Shown: positions 34,237 to 41,218, counted from the stretch's first letter. The stretch: 43,136 nt of DNA from Chloroflexota bacterium (GCA_030611015.1 JAUWQP010000002.1:1-43136); one strand, 5' to 3'. Notes: a model not told the origin generated them from the letters alone. Numbers and translations are program-made.

Positions 34237-34671
34237 TTAGCTACCGGCAAAGAAAGCGATCTGCTGGGTCTTGAGTGCCAGTACTGCTGTTGCACCAGCT
34301 AGTCGGCGCCTGGCCATATCACTTTTTATTTCATTGTTCTCCAGTAGAAACGCAATGTCTTTTTGCTTGGCGATGGCCGCTACGAGGTCCTCGTTCTCCG
34401 TTCTCTGCTTCTGGAGCCAATCTTCTTTATCTGCCAGGGTTAATTTTTTGCCAGCTCCATTTGCCTCGGGTGACTGAGCCCGAATCTCCGCCAGAAGCCT
34501 TTTTACCTCCTGACAGTCTCCCGTTGAGGAGAGGTAGCCCCGGTTCAAGTCTTTGAAAGAAGCTGCCTCCCTTAGTGCTGTTTCGAGTTCGTCCTCATAT
34601 TTATGCAGCTTCTCAATCAGGTTTTTGGTGTCCAGGCTTTTCAGTACCCTTATTTTTTCTTCTGGTTCCAT
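34237..34671 (-). CDS. coiled-coil protein (144 aa), Gp157-like by size and position
   Basis: Charged heptad-like composition at the head of the replication module. The assignment is by analogy only. Confidence 0.45.
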   Translation of the reverse strand: MEPEEKIRVLKSLDTKNLIEKLHKYEDELETALREAASFKDLNRGYLSSTGDCQEVKRLLAEIRAQSPEANGAGKKLTLADKEDWLQKQRTENEDLVAAIAKQKDIAFLLENNEIKSDMARRRLAGATAVLALKTQQIAFFAGS

Positions 34672-34695
34672 CTTTTACCTCCTTTCTTAGATTAT

Positions 34696-34932
34696 TTAAC
34701 ACTCGAGAAGATAATGTTTGCTCCCCGGATTGTCAGGGCAGTCATGCGGGTTATCTTTGCCATCCGGGAACTTATCTTCTGATAGTTGCCACCTGCTTGA
34801 GATCCCCGTAGGGCCGATACTGTTGGCATGAGCTATTGCTTCTTCCTGGGGCATGTTCGTGCAAATTGCCCAAGACACCAGTCCTTGATGTCCAAGTGTA
34901 AAGAAAGTCACTTCTGCCTTTTTCTTCCCCAT
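34696..34932 (-). CDS. hypothetical small protein (78 aa)
   Basis: SD AAGGAGG upstream of the ATG at 34932. Confidence 0.5.
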   Translation of the reverse strand: MGKKKAEVTFFTLGHQGLVSWAICTNMPQEEAIAHANSIGPTGISSRWQLSEDKFPDGKDNPHDCPDNPGSKHYLLEC

Positions 34933-34960
34933 GGTTACCTCCTTTAATTCTCAACCGGTA

Positions 34961-35242
34961 TCATCCTTGGCTTTCTAGCTTAGCCAAAAGTGCTGCCTTG
35001 CAGATGGATTCGGGGAATGCTCTTCCAGGGCTTAGTTCTGCCAACAACTTGTAGAAATTCTTAGTGAGATTACTCATGAGTAATTGCTCTATTATTTCAC
35101 CGGCGAATTGAATGTCTGTAGAGTATGCTTTAATCCTCTGATTCCTCTTTATTTCCCCAACACCAAAAATTTCCCTAGCTATTAAACTGTCAAATTCATG
35201 TCCTACTTTCATTGCCAAGATCTCATCTCGGTTGACTTCCAT
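34961..35242 (-). CDS. hypothetical small protein (93 aa)
   Basis: SD GAAGGAGG upstream of the ATG at 35242. Confidence 0.5.
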   Translation of the reverse strand: MEVNRDEILAMKVGHEFDSLIAREIFGVGEIKRNQRIKAYSTDIQFAGEIIEQLLMSNLTKNFYKLLAELSPGRAFPESICKAALLAKLESQG

Positions 35243-35375
35243 GGTTTGCCTCCTTCACTTCATCAATGACTAACTCCCACACTCCTGCTTGCTGTCGAGC
35301 TACTCTAAGTACCTTAATTGTGAGTATCTCTCCTTCCTTCCATACTCTAGGATGAACTACTATTAGCTTTATCAC
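35223..35375 (-). CDS. possible 50-aa ORF (VIKLIVVHPRVWKEGEILTIKVL...)
   Basis: GTG at 35375, 7 nt after GAGGAG. It fills an otherwise empty 148-nt gap and overlaps the next gene by 20 nt. Below the ORF-track cut-off. Confidence 0.3.
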   Translation of the reverse strand: MIKLIVVHPRVWKEGEILTIKVLRVARQQAGVWELVIDEVKEANHGSQPR

Positions 35376-35390
35376 GTCAAACTCCTCTCT

Positions 35391-35573
35391 TTAGTCGATG
35401 GTCTCACCTGGTAGTAGAGGGATACGATAGTTGTGAGATTTACTACGCAATCGGTCAACGCATTTCATGGCTTCAATGCCTAGCTGGTGAGCTTCGTTTC
35501 TCTCAGCATCAGTAAAGTTTGGATTATGGTCATTGTGGATAGTTTCGATTTCAATAGCTTTTTCCAGTCTCAT
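35391..35573 (-). CDS. hypothetical small protein (60 aa)
   Basis: Trimmed to the ATG at 35573 behind AAGGAGA. Bracketed by a 16-bp direct repeat. Confidence 0.45.
   Translation of the reverse strand: MRLEKAIEIETIHNDHNPNFTDAERNEAHQLGIEAMKCVDRLRSKSHNYRIPLLPGETID
35401..35416. repeat. 16-bp direct repeat GTCTCACCTGGTAGTA, copy 1
   Basis: Identical to 35588-35603. Here it encodes the C-terminus LLPGET of 35391..35573. Confidence 0.7.
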
Positions 35574-35587
35574 TTCGGTCTCCTTTC

Positions 35588-35603
35588 GTCTCACCTGGTA
35601 GTA
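35588..35603. repeat. 16-bp direct repeat GTCTCACCTGGTAGTA, copy 2
   Basis: Identical to 35401-35416. Here it is non-coding, between the stop at 35615 and the SD of 35391..35573. Confidence 0.7.
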
Positions 35604-35614
35604 ATGTTTCAGGC

Positions 35615-35941
35615 TTAATCTCGGTACTTCAATTGCTCACCATCATAAAGCAGGTCCAGATTGAAGTCCTTGAGTGAGAATCCGGGGTTGCTCTTGAGCT
35701 TCTCAAAGACCTGGGCGCTGACAAAATTAACCAGGCTGCTCGGCATATTTTTATTCCAGATTAAAGGCGGGTCTTCCATTGCGCCAGCTAACTTGCAGAT
35801 GGTCTTGGTTATGTTCAAGCCCCGTATCAGGATGTTTGCATCGTATTCAGATACTCCCAGAAATTTGGCAAACTCCTCGAGAGGAACTTCTACTTGCTCC
35901 CCCTCCTCATTCAACTTATAAGCTCGGTAATCAGGCATCAT
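35615..35941 (-). CDS. hypothetical protein (108 aa)
   Basis: Open ORF in the operon. No motif recognised. Confidence 0.5.
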   Translation of the reverse strand: MMPDYRAYKLNEEGEQVEVPLEEFAKFLGVSEYDANILIRGLNITKTICKLAGAMEDPPLIWNKNMPSSLVNFVSAQVFEKLKSNPGFSLKDFNLDLLYDGEQLKYRD

Positions 35942-35985
35942 AAGCTCCTATTCTTCGTAGGATGTTGAGCTATACTCTAAACCTT

Positions 35986-36183
35986 CTAGCCAACTATGAT
36001 TTCAACCGGCACTCCAAGTAAGGCTAAATCACCAGTGTCCAACTCTGCAGAACACTCGGGGCAGCGGATGGCTCGGGTTGCTTTATCATCTTTCTGCCAG
36101 CTCTCTCCGTCCCATGTCATCTCCTCTTTTACGACCTCGAGATAATCCATCTCGCAGCCGCAGTAAGGACAAATATTGCTCAT
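35986..36183 (-). CDS. zinc-ribbon protein (65 aa)
   Basis: CPYCGC...CPEC motif. SD GGAGGAAC. Confidence 0.5.
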   Translation of the reverse strand: MSNICPYCGCEMDYLEVVKEEMTWDGESWQKDDKATRAIRCPECSAELDTGDLALLGVPVEIIVG

Positions 36184-36219
36184 TACTCCTGTTCCTCCTT
36201 TCTATTCTCAAAGGAATGT

Positions 36220-36408
36220 TTAGCGTTCTGCCTCGGAACGCTGCTTCTTCCATTCAATTTCATGCCAATGCTTCCTGGCTTCTGGGTCAGGTTCGGCCAG
36301 TTCAAAATTCTGGCAAACCATAATTTCTGCTAGTATAAAGCCACCACCTTGTTTACCGACTGCATCAAAAACCTCTCTTTTCTGTGTTTTAATGAACATT
36401 CTATACAT
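36220..36408 (-). CDS. hypothetical small protein (62 aa) ending RSEAER
   Basis: SD GAAGGAGGAAG. Its C-terminus is encoded by a family-B palindrome. Confidence 0.45.
   Translation of the reverse strand: MYRMFIKTQKREVFDAVGKQGGGFILAEIMVCQNFELAEPDPEARKHWHEIEWKKQRSEAER
36222..36242. repeat. family-B palindrome copy 1 (AGCGTTC-tgcctcg-GAACGCT)
   Basis: Read directly. It is followed toward the next gene by the mini-palindrome ATTCTCAAAGGAAT (36204-36217) and then the SD. Confidence 0.8.
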
Positions 36409-36422
36409 TGCTTCCTCCTTCT

Positions 36423-36442
36423 AGCGTTCTCGATAAGAACGC
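36423..36442. repeat. family-B palindrome copy 2 (AGCGTTCT-cgata-AGAACGC)
   Basis: It lies between the stop of 36445..37011 and the SD of 36220..36408. The 18 nt at 36425-36442 are identical to 40119-40136. Confidence 0.8.
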
Positions 36443-36444
36443 CT

Positions 36445-37011
36445 CTATATCCAGGTGAATTGAATACGATAAAAAGTGTAATTCTCAATAGGCTGAAAGC
36501 GATAGCCGGCTCTTTTCAGTGCCAGTGCCAGTTCGCTAATACTGTCAAAGCCACCCCGCCGGGCATCGTCTATGGTGAGGCCATCCAAGATAACCACGTC
36601 CATAGAGACGAGCTCTACAGTGCCTAATACTATGCCATCCAGGACGACTTCCAGCCGGTCGCCGGCACTAACTCGCCCATTGATGATGGCATTGGTGATA
36701 CTGCCGCTCTCAGCTCGCAGCGTTTGGGTAACCTGGCGTTGCTCTAGCTTGTAGGCGGCAGCAGGACCAAGTACCCGGGTGGTAAAACGAATTTCTTCAT
36801 TAGGCATTAGGCTACCTCCAACGGTAGCTTTGTCTGCTCGATGTAGGCTGTGCTGTTCGAGGATCCCCTTGACTTCTTCTTCGGTGGTCTGGTGCAGTGC
36901 CTCTCGGTTGACAGCTCCGGCACTTCCATGGTAAAAGCCCTGACAAACACACTTGCATCGAGTGCCATGCGCCTCATGGCATCTACTCGAGCAGGTTCTT
37001 TTTCTACCCAT
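36445..37011 (-). CDS. ASCH-domain-like protein with an N-terminal Cys/His-rich segment
   Basis: The C-terminal half (GDRLEVV..G..LGTVELVS...LTIDDARRGGF.S..EL...L...Y) resembles the ASCH/PUA-like fold. The N-terminus is CSSRCHEAHGTRCKCVC. Confidence 0.5.
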   Translation of the reverse strand: MGRKRTCSSRCHEAHGTRCKCVCQGFYHGSAGAVNREALHQTTEEEVKGILEQHSLHRADKATVGGSLMPNEEIRFTTRVLGPAAAYKLEQRQVTQTLRAESGSITNAIINGRVSAGDRLEVVLDGIVLGTVELVSMDVVILDGLTIDDARRGGFDSISELALALKRAGYRFQPIENYTFYRIQFTWI

Positions 37012-37027
37012 AATATTGTCTCCTTTC

Positions 37028-37056
37028 TAAAACCAGCACCGGGAGCACCAGTCGCC
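37028..37056. repeat. left arm of a 29-bp imperfect inverted repeat bracketing 37062..37592
   Basis: TAAAACCAGCACCGGGAGCACCAGTCGCC matches the reverse complement of 37616-37644 at 25/29 positions, with a 12-bp perfect core CGGGAGCACCAG. Confidence 0.75.
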
Positions 37057-37061
37057 TTAAT

Positions 37062-37592
37062 TTAGGGTGCAGGGACGTTTGAGAAGGCGATTTTGAAACC
37101 GGTTGAAGCTTCTCCGGCAGCGACCCCTGTCGTACAATTGATAAATTCGTCAAAGATGTAAGTTCCAGCGGCACCGAGAGGAATACTCGTCCTCCAGTTA
37201 GTCATATCTACAATTATCGTGGTGCCAACAGGAACAACTGCCTCGTCTGTGCTTGTCCTACACACGAGTTTGACCTCATACTCAGCGTATAGGGGGTCCT
37301 CATCCAGTTCCAGCCAGAGGTGCATGCCCGCGCCATCGGGGCCTAGCGCTACCGCAACATGATTTGGCCAGACTCCACTAAAACCTTGACCTCCAGCCAC
37401 TAAGTTTTGAAGCTCAATGTCGGGTGCGATAACAGTGCCATAATCCTTGGGTTCTGGAGGTTCGGTGATGGTCTGGGTGATGGTCTGAGTGATGCTAAAG
37501 TATAAAGCTGCCACAACTACTGTTCCGACAAGAACGCTGGCGATTATGCCAAGGGGTATTCCGTGCCATGTCTTTTTGAAAAGTTTCTTCAT
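37062..37592 (-). CDS. secreted or membrane-anchored protein (176 aa) with an N-terminal signal-anchor
   Basis: KKLFKKTWHGIPLGIIASVLVGTVVVAALYF is a TM/signal segment. It is followed by ITQTITQTIT and a beta-rich domain. SD AAGGAGA. Confidence 0.65.
   Translation of the reverse strand: MKKLFKKTWHGIPLGIIASVLVGTVVVAALYFSITQTITQTITEPPEPKDYGTVIAPDIELQNLVAGGQGFSGVWPNHVAVALGPDGAGMHLWLELDEDPLYAEYEVKLVCRTSTDEAVVPVGTTIIVDMTNWRTSIPLGAAGTYIFDEFINCTTGVAAGEASTGFKIAFSNVPAP
37464..37494. repeat. 12-nt tandem repeat x2.6 (GGTGATGGTCTG) encoding ITQTITQTIT
   Basis: Read directly inside 37062..37592. Confidence 0.7.
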
Positions 37593-37615
37593 ACATTGTC
37601 TCCTTTCTTATTTTT

Positions 37616-37644
37616 TGCGCCTGGTGCTCCCGCTGCCGGTTTTA
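37616..37644. repeat. right arm of the 29-bp inverted repeat
   Basis: TGCGCCTGGTGCTCCCGCTGCCGGTTTTA. It overlaps the -10 and the predicted transcription start of the promoter for 37062..37592. Confidence 0.75.
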
Positions 37645-37669
37645 TATCTGTTACCATCCCTCTTGACAA
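37641..37669 (-). promoter_or_regulatory. sigma70-like promoter TTGTCA-17-TATAAA for 37062..37592
   Basis: On the minus strand the -35 is at 37669-37664 and the -10 at 37646-37641. Confidence 0.5.
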
Positions 37670-37736
37670 TGTGGGGTAATTAGGGATAAAATCAAATAGT
37701 GATTGGGTTTTTTGTTTTTCCCTAATCACCTCCTTT

Positions 37737-37943
37737 CTAAGGGGCTGCTGTCTTTTCCACAGCAGCCTTCTCTTTATTTAGCCTCTCTATTTCGCTCTGG
37801 GGGATAAACAAAATACCGCCGAAGTTGATGTTAAGAATCGTCCCAGCATCAATCCAGCGGTAGACGGTAGTAAAGTGTACGCCGATTTGCTTTGCAGCTT
37901 GGCGCACTGTCATGAAGTCAGTAGTTTGCTTTTGTGTAACCAC
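37737..37943 (-). CDS. excisionase/MerR-type helix-turn-helix DNA-binding protein
   Basis: MTVRQAAKQIGVHFTTVYRWIDAGTI is a typical Xis-family HTH. The start is either GTG 37943 (leaderless) or ATG 37913. Confidence 0.65.
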   Translation of the reverse strand: MVTQKQTTDFMTVRQAAKQIGVHFTTVYRWIDAGTILNINFGGILFIPQSEIERLNKEKAAVEKTAAP

Positions 37944-37949
37944 GCAACT

Positions 37950-37978
37950 ATGATAGCATAGCTAATATGGTATGTCAA
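37950..37978 (-). promoter_or_regulatory. strong sigma70-like promoter TTGACA-17-TATCAT directly upstream of the HTH gene
   Basis: -35 at 37978-37973 and -10 at 37955-37950. Six nt separate the -10 from GTG 37943. Confidence 0.55.
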
Positions 37979-38167
37979 GCCCCCTGAGGACAATTTTTAA
38001 GAGGGGTTTTTTAGAGGTTTAACCTTGCTAAGTCCTCCAACCGCCTCTTTTGGCTGATTTTTACCCCCAGCAGCTTGTCACTTGAATAGGAGACGCACTA
38101 GAATTGAAATCTAGGCGTTTTGGAGGGTGGTCAATGGTTATTCTACCTTGGCTCTCACTCTTGAGTT

Positions 38168-38323
38168 TTACCGGGAGACAAAAGTCGGGAATCGCTTGCC
38201 TTGGCTCCGAGCTAAAATCTGCCCCAGTGTGAGCTGCCCCCAATTTCGGGCATAGTAATCTAATAGGCTGAATACTCTCTCGGCTTTGCCGCTGAGATGT
38301 AGAACAACTGTTCTTTTCCCCAT
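38168..38323 (-). CDS. possible 51-aa ribbon-helix-helix-like protein (MGKRTVVLHLSGKAERVFSLLDYYARNWG...)
   Basis: ATG at 38323, 8 nt after AAAGGAGG, immediately after a family-B palindrome. Preferred over the track ORF 38061..38243, which is in another frame and has no SD. Confidence 0.45.
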   Translation of the reverse strand: MGKRTVVLHLSGKAERVFSLLDYYARNWGQLTLGQILARSQGKRFPTFVSR

Positions 38324-38340
38324 TTTAATTTACCTCCTTT

Positions 38341-38363
38341 CAGCGTTCCCCCTTAGAACGCTG
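38341..38363. repeat. family-B palindrome copy 3 (CAGCGTTC-cccctta-GAACGCTG)
   Basis: 8-bp arms. The stop codon of 38353..39024 lies in the loop (38353-38355). Confidence 0.8.
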
Positions 38364-39024
38364 CAGCGACCGCCATTACCCGACCATCAATAACCCGCCG
38401 GCTCAACCCGTGACGGATATAGTAATCACCCTTATCGGTCGGCCAAGTTTTATGGGTTCGCTTTGGCCTGGTCAGTATCTCCTTCGCTTCTGGAGTAAGG
38501 TCTTTGAGGTCTATCTGCCAGCGATTCCGGAGCCGGTCATAGCGTCCCTTAATCTTGCCTACAGCCAGGGCCTGGCGGATGCGGTGGCAAGAGCAGTTAT
38601 ACTCATTGGCCAGTGCAGCTGCCGATAGATAGCCTTGGTTATGCCTGGAGGCAATCCCTTTTATCCTGAGCTGCCCTCTCACAGCTCCATAGGACCGTCC
38701 CAATTTTCGGGCTATCCGCTCTAATGTATGGTTGCCGGCATACTCGAGCAAATATGCTCTCTCTTCTTCCGTCCATGGCACATTGTGGAATGAGACTCGG
38801 GACATCGGCTCGCCCGTAGCCAGCCAGCCTCTTGACATGGCGCCAAAATACTCGAGTACCCGGGTTGCCGGTGGCCAGTCTAAATGCCCTTTCTTTACCC
38901 GACTATAAGAAGCATCAAGGCAGGGCAACGGGCCTTCTATCTCCCCGGCCGCAGCGGCCAGGCCGGCTATCACCTTTTCCTTTGTCCATAGACGCTTCCT
39001 ACCTATCCAATTTGGGAATGGCAA
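38353..39024 (-). CDS. DNA-binding protein with Myb/SANT-like and HTH-like segments (223 aa)
   Basis: WTEEERAYLLEYAGNHTLERIARKLGRSYGAVRGQ and a later YLSAAALANEYNCSCHRIRQAL. The function is inferred from motif resemblance. Confidence 0.5.
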   Translation of the reverse strand: MPFPNWIGRKRLWTKEKVIAGLAAAAGEIEGPLPCLDASYSRVKKGHLDWPPATRVLEYFGAMSRGWLATGEPMSRVSFHNVPWTEEERAYLLEYAGNHTLERIARKLGRSYGAVRGQLRIKGIASRHNQGYLSAAALANEYNCSCHRIRQALAVGKIKGRYDRLRNRWQIDLKDLTPEAKEILTRPKRTHKTWPTDKGDYYIRHGLSRRVIDGRVMAVAAAF

Positions 39025-39036
39025 TCCTTCCTCCCT

Positions 39037-39897
39037 TCATTGTTCTGCCTCGGAACGGGGCAACCATAAAGGATCGCTCATAGCAAAGAGTTTAATCCTC
39101 TCCTGTTTATAGAACTCGAAGGGTAATTGCCCCTTATCCTCCGGTGTTCTTAAATCTATCTCCCGCAAAGGCTTGAATGACCTATGTAGGTATTGGGTAT
39201 AGGCAGACGTTGTTTCACTGCCATGTCTTATTGTATCGTCAACTAGAATAGCATCTGCCCACTCATCGGAGTTAGCATAGACCTCCTGCCATTCCTTTTT
39301 GCCATGATAAGGGCAGCCTATACAGGAGCTTTTAGCGACAGACATCCCCTCATAGTTATCATGTAGCCATTTTATACAGTCATTTCTTGACATCATGCGT
39401 TCTACTAATGGGTATCGTTTCCCTAACCACTTGCTATGGGATAACGACATACGCTGAGCCTCATCAATACTAATGCCAATCCACATTTCTACTGCCCCTT
39501 CCTTTATCCTTGCTCGCCTTGATACATCAAGTAATTCACGAATCTTATGGAAGATGGGCTGTAGTTTATACCTGTCTGTGCACTGACGTTTACCCATCAA
39601 ATGTTTACCACCCTTATCCATGTAAAGAGGCATGAGATAGTAGCCCTTGTTTAACTCAGCAGCGTTCAAGCTATCATCCCTGATATTCCTCTCCTGAACG
39701 ATTATCACGGGGATGCCATGCTGTTCTGCCTCAACCTTTAACCACGCAAGATGCTTATATGTAGCCTTGCTCTCCCATCCCGTGTCGGCAAAGATAGCTA
39801 CATCAGGCTGGGGTAATTCCCCCTTGATAGCCATAAGTAGTATTGTCGTAGACTGGACACCAGCTCCTAATGATAATACTGTCAGCCTATTCACCAT
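39037..39897 (-). CDS. PAPS-reductase-family (PP-loop ATP pyrophosphatase) protein, phage type
   Basis: The N-terminus LSLGAGVQSTTILLMA...AIFADTGWE is the phage PAPS-reductase-like signature (SGG.DS-type PP-loop variant). Confidence 0.75.
   Translation of the reverse strand: MVNRLTVLSLGAGVQSTTILLMAIKGELPQPDVAIFADTGWESKATYKHLAWLKVEAEQHGIPVIIVQERNIRDDSLNAAELNKGYYLMPLYMDKGGKHLMGKRQCTDRYKLQPIFHKIRELLDVSRRARIKEGAVEMWIGISIDEAQRMSLSHSKWLGKRYPLVERMMSRNDCIKWLHDNYEGMSVAKSSCIGCPYHGKKEWQEVYANSDEWADAILVDDTIRHGSETTSAYTQYLHRSFKPLREIDLRTPEDKGQLPFEFYKQERIKLFAMSDPLWLPRSEAEQ
39040..39058. repeat. family-B palindrome copy 4 (degenerate; TTGTTC-tgcctcg-GAACGG)
   Basis: The 16 nt at 39042-39057 are identical to 36225-36240. 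It encodes the C-terminus RSEAEQ of 39037..39897. Confidence 0.65.
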
Positions 39898-39909
39898 CTG
39901 TGTTTCCCT

Positions 39910-40080
39910 TCAAGCGTTCTTGATTATTTTGTCTATGGCTTTTTGAATAGTTCTAAGCGAATGAATGTTACGACGGGTCATTCCATCTTTGTCTATCCAG
40001 CCTCCATGGTCAAGACCATCATTCCTGTTATCACCGGAAGCAGCGTCCACATAATAGATTTTGCCTTTTTCTTTACCCAT
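39910..40080 (-). CDS. 56-aa ORF resembling the N-terminal cap of beta-helix (pectate-lyase-fold) proteins
   Basis: Trimmed to the ATG at 40080 behind GGAGGAGA. KIYYVDAASGDNRNDG...LRTIQKAIDKI matches the cap motif also seen at the N-terminus of 17739..18650. The AGCGTTC half-site at 39913-39919 overlaps its 3' end. Confidence 0.45.
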   Translation of the reverse strand: MGKEKGKIYYVDAASGDNRNDGLDHGGWIDKDGMTRRNIHSLRTIQKAIDKIIKNA

Positions 40081-40117
40081 CTTGTCTCCTCCTAGTATTC
40101 TCAAAAGAATATCTCCT

Positions 40118-40137
40118 ACGTTCTCGATAAGAACGCT
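40118..40137. repeat. family-B palindrome copy 5 (ACGTTCT-cgata-AGAACGCT)
   Basis: It lies after the stop of 40141..40374. It is followed by the mini-palindrome ATTCTCAAAAGAAT (40097-40110) and the SD of 39910..40080. Confidence 0.8.
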
Positions 40138-40140
40138 GTT

Positions 40141-40374
40141 TTACTGACCAAAACTCCCTGGGTGGCGTATCTTTTCAATCTTAAGTTTTGCTAGTTTCAC
40201 TACATCTAAAAATGGATTCCTCTGATGGCAACGGTGAATGCGATTAAGGGTAACCCATATAGCAGCATGATAACCAAACATGATGAATTTATACTTGCTG
40301 AGCGAATCCCATGCTGCTGTTTCTTTCGCACTCAATTCATCGAGAACCTTTCTATCTAGCTGCATTGTCTTCAT
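40141..40374 (-). CDS. hypothetical small protein (74-77 aa)
   Basis: Bracketed by a family-A and a family-B palindrome. The start is ATG 40374 or the ATG 9 nt downstream. Confidence 0.45.
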   Translation of the reverse strand: MKTMQLDRKVLDELSAKETAAWDSLSKYKFIMFGYHAAIWVTLNRIHRCHQRNPFLDVVKLAKLKIEKIRHPGSFGQ

Positions 40375-40389
40375 CTCCTTTCCCCCTCT

Positions 40390-40411
40390 GCGTATAACAG
40401 CCGTTATACGC
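40390..40411. repeat. family-A palindrome copy 4 (GCGTATAA-cagccg-TTATACGC; perfect arms)
   Basis: Its TTA at 40404-40406 is the stop of 40404..41201. Confidence 0.8.
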
Positions 40412-41201
40412 TTTTGTTCTCCCCCAGCTTCTCTGCTATTTGGTGGAGCTTTTCATCTAGCCTATAAGCTCCACGCCCCTCAAATAAGTTGAGCGCAATG
40501 TCTACTAAGCCAGCTGCCTCTTCGGCGTATTTCCTCTTACCGAGTAAGAGCTCGACTTCTTTTCTCAACCAATACACGGCATCGCTAACATGTAGGAACT
40601 CCTGCCCAGCCAGCGCATTGACCTCCTCGATCAGCTTGTGGGCTCGCTCTATGTATTCTCTGCTTTCCACAATGTCTCTCGATAGCTTTAATCCAAATTG
40701 ATAAGTAGCTTCCCTCAACCCCCTGTATTCTTGGAACCTCTCGGCTTCCAGCCGGCGGTATTCCTTGAAATGGTTCTGGTAGCCCTTCATCAGTAAGGCC
40801 ATCATCAGATCTCGGGACAATTCAAAATCACGCCGCGGGGCGGTCTTAACAGACCTCCATCCGCTAGGGCCACATGTTATAAGACCGCAGCCTTCAGGAA
40901 CTTCACTCTTGCTTATCACACCGGCTGGCGCCGCGAAATAAAGCTGGTTGCAGTGTTCCATATATTTCAGGTATTTCCCCTGGGTTACATCCTGGAGGAA
41001 ATCGCTCCGGCTTCTCTTCACTTCATAAATCCTGACAGCCTGGTTAGAGTAGCTCTTGAAGATGGCCATAACATCCACGATCCCAGGATGGCCCCACAAC
41101 ACGGAGCCCAGGGGCTGATTCGTCCAGGTCATCCAGTTGCCACCCTGTAGGAAGCGGGCAAGACTCTCTGCTAGTTCTCGGCCTTTAGTCAACCGATTCA
41201 C
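40404..41201 (-). CDS. MmcB-like PD-(D/E)xK nuclease-fold protein with a helical C-terminal extension
   Basis: VDVMAI...RIYEVKRSRSDFLQD..GKYLKYMEHCNQLYFAAPAGVI...VPEGCGLI follows the D...E.K + Y..y.d..y.v.P pattern I recall for the MmcB/DUF1052 family. Confidence 0.55.
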   Translation of the reverse strand: MNRLTKGRELAESLARFLQGGNWMTWTNQPLGSVLWGHPGIVDVMAIFKSYSNQAVRIYEVKRSRSDFLQDVTQGKYLKYMEHCNQLYFAAPAGVISKSEVPEGCGLITCGPSGWRSVKTAPRRDFELSRDLMMALLMKGYQNHFKEYRRLEAERFQEYRGLREATYQFGLKLSRDIVESREYIERAHKLIEEVNALAGQEFLHVSDAVYWLRKEVELLLGKRKYAEEAAGLVDIALNLFEGRGAYRLDEKLHQIAEKLGENKSV

Positions 41202-41218
41202 TATATACTATCTCCTCT

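Noticed and set aside
37981-38013. Plus-strand terminator CCCCT-N16-AGGGG-TTTTTT
   Set aside because: The stem is only 5 bp with a large loop, and no plus-strand gene ends upstream of it. It is probably a fortuitous T-run in the promoter-proximal region of the minus-strand HTH gene.
38061-38243. 60-aa track ORF on the minus strand
   Set aside because: It has no SD and a low-complexity product. The overlapping 51-aa frame 38168..38323 has a strong SD and sits correctly after the junction palindrome.
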